Positions 59,547 through 64,000 of a DNA stretch of 64,000 nucleotides are shown piece after piece; within the stretch, counting starts at the first letter, position 1, and every line of letters begins with the position of its first letter. The notes beneath the pieces are model-generated. The model ran no database searches. It saw only the letters and a program-made list of their open reading frames with translations, and had not been told where the DNA came from. The DNA comes from an uncultured Moraxella sp. (GTDB lineage Bacteria > Pseudomonadota > Gammaproteobacteria > Pseudomonadales > Moraxellaceae). A program made the translations under genes and the position numbers. The stretch covers positions 2,685-66,684 of the forward strand of contig CALTTE010000003.1 in the NCBI GenBank assembly GCA_943908405.1, in the 5' to 3' direction.

Positions 59547-62369
59547 ATGACAAATACAACCAAAGACAGCTTGGATTATAAAAATACCCTAAATCTTGCC
59601 GATACGCCGTTTGCGATGCGGGGCGATTTGGCGAAGCGAGAACCCTTGTGGCTTGAGCAATGGGCAAAAGATGACGTGTATGGACAAGTCCAAAAAGCAC
59701 GGGCAGGACAAAAAAAATATATCTTGCACGATGGTCCGCCTTATGCCAATGGACAAATTCACTTAGGGCATGTGGTTAATAAAGTCTTAAAAGACATCAT
59801 TATCAAATACAAAACGCTAGATGGCTATAATGCCCCTTTTGTGGTGGGCTGGGATTGCCACGGCTTACCCATTGAGCAAAAAGTAGAAGAAAAGATGGGC
59901 AAGGTGGGCAAACCCCACAAAGACAAAAGCAAAAATGGGGCATTGGTTACGCCAACTGAGTTTCGGGGGGCGTGCCGTGCCTATGCCAACAGCCAAATTG
60001 CCGAGCAGATGGCGGATTTTAAGCGGCTTGGCGTGCTTGCCGACTGGGACAATCCTTATTTGACGATGAATTTTAAACAAGAAGCCGATACCGTGCGTGC
60101 CTTGGCAGAAATTTATAACAATGGGCATATCGTGCGTGGTTTTAAGCCAGTGAACTGGTGTTTGGATTGCGGCTCGGCATTGGCAGAGGCAGAGGTTGAG
60201 TACGAGGATAAAAAATCCGATGCCATTTATGTGGGTTTTGATGTGGTTAATCGTGCTGATTTACCCCAAACGGCGGATATTCAAGGAAAATTGCAAGCGG
60301 TAATTTGGACAACCACGCCTTGGACGCTCCCTGCCAACCAAGCCATTGCGGTCAAAGATGATTTGATGTATGCCGTTGTTTGGGTCAATGATGGGCATTA
60401 TTTGGTTGCCGAAACCTTGGCGACAGCATTTGTAGAGCTTGTGGGCGGTGATACAACAAAAAAACCATTGGCATTGATAACTGGTCAGGAGCTGACGGTT
60501 TTACTTGCTCAGCACCCTTTGATTGACAGCCGTCAAGTGCCAATTATCACAGGCGAGCATGTCAGTGCCGATAGCGGAACAGGGCTTGTGCATACCGCCC
60601 CTGCTCACGGGGTGGACGATTATAATGTCGGTCTTAAAGTGGGTTTGCCAACCGAAAACCCCGTCGCAGGCAATGGCGTGTACTTGCCAGAAGCAAAAGT
60701 TTTTGTGGGCGAGCATATTTATAAAGCCCAACCCAAAATTATTGATGCTTTGCAAACATCGGGACATTTGTTGCACCATAGCGTGATTACCCACAGCTAT
60801 CCGCACTGCTGGCGACACAAAACGCCGATTATTTTTCGGGCAACGCCGCAGTGGTTTATGAGTATGACTGCTAATGGCTTGCGTGAACAGGCATTGACTG
60901 CCATCAAGCAAGTAACGTGGACACCTGATTGGGGGCAAAACCGCATTGAGGCAATGATGGACAATCGCCCCGATTGGTGTATTAGCCGTCAGCGGACGTG
61001 GGGCGTACCCATTCCCTTTTTTATTCATAAAGAGACCGCCACGCTACACCCACGTACCTATGAGATTATGCAAACGGTGGCAGAAATGATTGAACAAGGC
61101 GGTATTGAGGCGTGGTTTGATGGTAAAGACAGCGATTTTATTGGTAGCGACACCAAGGATTATGAGCGAGTAACCGATACGCTTGATGTGTGGTTTGATT
61201 CTGGGGCGACCAATTTTAGCGTACTACAGCAACGCCCAACGCTTAACTATCCTGCCGATTTGTATTTGGAGGGGTCAGACCAGCACCGTGGTTGGTTTCA
61301 GTCGTCATTGCTCGTTAGCGAGGCGATTCGTGAACAAGCTCCATTCAAACAAGTATTAACGCACGGCTTTACCGTGGACGCCAAAGGCTATAAGCTGTCC
61401 AAATCCAAAGGCAATACCAAAGGCTTTGAACCCAAAGAGCTTGCCGATAAATTTGGCATGGATATTTTGCGTTTGTGGGTGGCAAACAGCGATTATCGTT
61501 ATGAAATGGCGGTATCCAAAGAAAGCTTTGAGCGGATTACCGATATGTATCGGAGGATTCGCAATACCATTCGCTTTTTGCTTGCCAATATCAGCGATTT
61601 TGATAATACAAAAAATGCTGTAGCAGACGATGACTTATTGAGTTTGGATAAATACATTTTATCTCGTGCCAGTGAAATGAATGACAACATCGCCAGTGCT
61701 TATCAAGCAATGAATTTTCATAGTGTTTGTCAGCACGTTACGGCGTTTTGCTCGCAGGATTTGGGCGGATTTTATTTGGATATTATCAAAGACCGTCAGT
61801 ACACCACGCAAAAAGACGGCAAACCACGCCGTTCTGCCCAAACAGCGATTTATCATATTACCGAGGCTTTGCTTCGCTGGATTGCACCGATATTGTCCTT
61901 TACCGCCCAAGAAGCGTGGCAAGTGTTTAAGGGGCAAAATAGCGGTTATATTTTTGTGGTGTATTGGTATGAGGTGCCAGTGCCTACAATGACAGCAATT
62001 ACCGCCAATGACTGGAAGCGGATTTTGGCGGTCAAAGAGCTTGCCAACAAGGCAATGGACAACGCCAGAAGTGATAAAGTCATCAGTAGTAGCCTATCGG
62101 CAAGCCTTAATATTGTCGCAAGCAAGAAAGATTATACCGCCTTACAAAAATTGGGCGATGAGATACGTTTTGTGTTTATCACCAGTGCGGTGGATTTGGT
62201 GCTGGGGGAGGGCGATACAACCGTCCAAGTAGCCCCTGCCACAGGCGACAAATGCACTCGCTGTTGGCATATTACCCAAGATGTGGGACAAGAGCCAAGC
62301 CACCCAACGCTTTGCTTACGCTGTGTAACCAACGTGGACGGTGATGGAGAGAGTCGTTATTATGCCTAA
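59547..62369 (+). CDS. ileS: Isoleucine--tRNA ligase (type 1)
   Basis: DYKNTLNL, HDGPPYANGQIHLGH, WTTTPWT, DWCISRQR, KLSKS, C-terminal zinc motif KCTRCW...LCLRC. Confidence 0.98.
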   Translation: MTNTTKDSLDYKNTLNLADTPFAMRGDLAKREPLWLEQWAKDDVYGQVQKARAGQKKYILHDGPPYANGQIHLGHVVNKVLKDIIIKYKTLDGYNAPFVVGWDCHGLPIEQKVEEKMGKVGKPHKDKSKNGALVTPTEFRGACRAYANSQIAEQMADFKRLGVLADWDNPYLTMNFKQEADTVRALAEIYNNGHIVRGFKPVNWCLDCGSALAEAEVEYEDKKSDAIYVGFDVVNRADLPQTADIQGKLQAVIWTTTPWTLPANQAIAVKDDLMYAVVWVNDGHYLVAETLATAFVELVGGDTTKKPLALITGQELTVLLAQHPLIDSRQVPIITGEHVSADSGTGLVHTAPAHGVDDYNVGLKVGLPTENPVAGNGVYLPEAKVFVGEHIYKAQPKIIDALQTSGHLLHHSVITHSYPHCWRHKTPIIFRATPQWFMSMTANGLREQALTAIKQVTWTPDWGQNRIEAMMDNRPDWCISRQRTWGVPIPFFIHKETATLHPRTYEIMQTVAEMIEQGGIEAWFDGKDSDFIGSDTKDYERVTDTLDVWFDSGATNFSVLQQRPTLNYPADLYLEGSDQHRGWFQSSLLVSEAIREQAPFKQVLTHGFTVDAKGYKLSKSKGNTKGFEPKELADKFGMDILRLWVANSDYRYEMAVSKESFERITDMYRRIRNTIRFLLANISDFDNTKNAVADDDLLSLDKYILSRASEMNDNIASAYQAMNFHSVCQHVTAFCSQDLGGFYLDIIKDRQYTTQKDGKPRRSAQTAIYHITEALLRWIAPILSFTAQEAWQVFKGQNSGYIFVVYWYEVPVPTMTAITANDWKRILAVKELANKAMDNARSDKVISSSLSASLNIVASKKDYTALQKLGDEIRFVFITSAVDLVLGEGDTTVQVAPATGDKCTRCWHITQDVGQEPSHPTLCLRCVTNVDGDGESRYYA

Positions 62370-62928
62370 GCCAACGTCCGATAATCAAGTTGTCAATGGT
62401 CAAGTACCCAGTAAGCCAACGCCCAAAATGCCAGTTACCGCTAATGGCAGTCTGGCAGGTCGTTATTATGGCTTAGCGGTGGCGGTTTTGGTACTTGACC
62501 AGCTCAGCAAGTATTACTTTGAGCAGCGTTTGGCAGAATATGAAACCATTCCCCTGATTGAGCCTGTGCTAAATTTTACCTTAGCGTATAATAGAGGGGC
62601 GGCGTTTAGCTTACTTGCCAATCAATCAGGCTGGCAAAAGTGGTTTTTTGTGCTGTTAGGCTCGGCGGTGGCGGTATTTTTGCTTGCCTATTTACGCCAA
62701 GTGCCAAGGCAAGCTTATGCCCTAAGCGTAGGTTTGGGGCTGATATTGGGCGGTGCGGTAGGCAATGTCATTGACCGTTTACTTTATGGGCACGTTATTG
62801 ATTTTATTCACGTGCATTATGGCGATGTGTGGCATTATCCGATTTTTAATGTGGCGGATATGGGGATTTGTGTGGGTATGGCATTGGTGTTGATTGATGT
62901 ATTGTTTTTGGAGAAAAAAAGACACTAA
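62362..62928 (+). CDS. lspA: Lipoprotein signal peptidase II
   Basis: LDQLSK, YNRGAAFS, GGAVGNVIDR, VIDFI, FNVADMGI; overlaps the ileS stop. Confidence 0.97.
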   Translation: MPKPTSDNQVVNGQVPSKPTPKMPVTANGSLAGRYYGLAVAVLVLDQLSKYYFEQRLAEYETIPLIEPVLNFTLAYNRGAAFSLLANQSGWQKWFFVLLGSAVAVFLLAYLRQVPRQAYALSVGLGLILGGAVGNVIDRLLYGHVIDFIHVHYGDVWHYPIFNVADMGICVGMALVLIDVLFLEKKRH

Positions 62929-63335
62929 GCCAAAGAGATGCTAAACCAAAAACACTAAGCTAAAAACACTAAGCTAAAAACACTAAGTCAAACCTAACCA
63001 AAGCCATTGCTATTGGATTAAAAATAGGGATAAAATTTGGGGGCATTGCTATTGGTTTTAGGAAGATTGGTTTTAGGGCGATTGGTTTTAGGCTGTGGGA
63101 GTAAAATGGATAAGTGGGGGCTTAATGTCAGTTTGTATGTTTATCGGCTTATTGCGATCGCTTTAGCTTAATATACTTTTGAGCGTTAAATTGGCTTTGG
63201 TAAGGTAAGTTTAAGTTTGGGTGAATTATTGGCCGGTCTGTATTGTTAAGTGGCTGTTAATTTTTTATAGCCTAAAAAACAAAAAAGCCCCAAACTGTTG
63301 CAGTTCAAGGCTTCTTGGTTGTTGTTTTCGGTAAT

Positions 63336-63412
63336 TGGTGGCGATGAAGAGACTTGAACTCTTGACCTTACGATTATGAGTCGTACGCTCTAACCAACTG
63401 AGCTACATCGCC
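63336..63412 (-). tRNA. tRNA with CAT anticodon, probably elongator tRNA-Met (Ile2 not excluded)
   Basis: 77-nt cloverleaf GGCGATG...TACGA-CTCATAA-TCGTA...AAGAG-TTCAAGT-CTCTT-CATCGCC-A-CCA; paired G1-C72 and no GGG/CCC anticodon stem, so not the initiator. Confidence 0.92.
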
Positions 63413-63424
63413 TTTCAGTTTTGC

Positions 63425-63452
63425 ATTATAACAGAAATTTTGAGCTTGTCAA
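63425..63452 (-). promoter_or_regulatory. Consensus sigma70 promoter of the tRNA(CAT) gene
   Basis: TTGACA-N16-TATAAT on the minus strand. Confidence 0.8.
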
Positions 63453-63799
63453 GTTGGTTTGATTAAATTGGATTGATTAACGCAATGAATTTTATTAACG
63501 CAATTTTTATTAACACAATGGATTTTGGTAAAAACCGATAATTAATCGCCACAAATAATCAATGGCAACAAATGGATTAACAGCTTAACCATTCATTGAA
63601 TTATCAGTAAAAAATTTAATCATTGTATAGTCAAATATCAGTATAGCTAAATATCAGGCTTATCAATGCCTTGGCACAAAATAACTGGCGATAAGCATCA
63701 ATCATTGCAACAGCGTTTACTGTTTAATTTATAACCAATTTAAATTTAAATTAAGTTAAATAAATTTAAGTCAAACCAATTTAAGTTAAGCCAATTTAA

Positions 63800-64000
63800 T
63801 TATTTCACCAATTCAACCAACGCCCCATAGCCTGACGCTTCCATACTATCCAATGGAATAAATTTTAGGGCGTCGCCGTTAATACAGTAACGCAGTCCGC
63901 CTTTGTCTTTTGGTCCATCATTAAAGACGTGTCCCAAATGCGAGTCTGCCACCCGTGAACGCACTTCAGTGCGAATCATATTGTAGCTATGGTCGGGCAA
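63800..64000 (-). CDS. msrB: Methionine sulfoxide reductase B domain, 3' end (MsrB or MsrAB; truncated by the window end)
   Basis: [21 protein letters not shown]...GGLRYCING. Confidence 0.93.
   Translation of the reverse strand: MPDHSYNMIRTEVRSRVADSHLGHVFNDGPKDKGGLRYCINGDALKFIPLDSMEASGYGALVELVK

Noticed and set aside
49165..62928. lolB and lspA near the Slam locus as part of one lipoprotein super-cluster
   Set aside because: Each sits in its standard context (hemA-lolB-ispE and ileS-lspA), so the proximity may be coincidental.

Overview
A mostly core-genome 64 kb chromosomal segment from a Moraxellaceae bacterium, probably Moraxella (inferred from an OMP CD-like OmpA, a Moraxellaceae-type Ugd and the gene order). 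It contains pgi (3' part), a ugd-like gene, galE, rdgB, tig-clpP-clpX, an efeO-efeB-efeU iron-uptake cluster with a likely Fur box, and a type B rpmJ missed by the ORF track. Next come DUF475, a ferredoxin, coaD, a 3'-5' exonuclease, an inserted single-polypeptide restriction-modification gene with two TRDs, an amber-interrupted membrane-protein gene, cysM and a gacS/barA kinase. These are followed by lepA-lepB-DUF4845-rnc-era-[AT-rich orphan]-recO-pdxJ, ompA/CD, typA, mscL, mutM, relA, a DEAD-box helicase with a structured leader, prs, two tRNA-Gln, ispE, lolB, a TPR protein and hemA. The window ends with a surface lipoprotein / LolC-E-like permease / Slam locus, ileS-lspA, tRNA-Met(CAT) and the 3' end of msrB/msrAB. 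The most interesting candidate system is the lone Lol permease (no adjacent lolD) between a TbpB-like lipoprotein and its Slam exporter. Short tandem duplications are pervasive in intergenic and coding DNA. No CRISPR array, IS element, prophage or rRNA was recognised. All calls come from reading motifs by eye; no searches were run.
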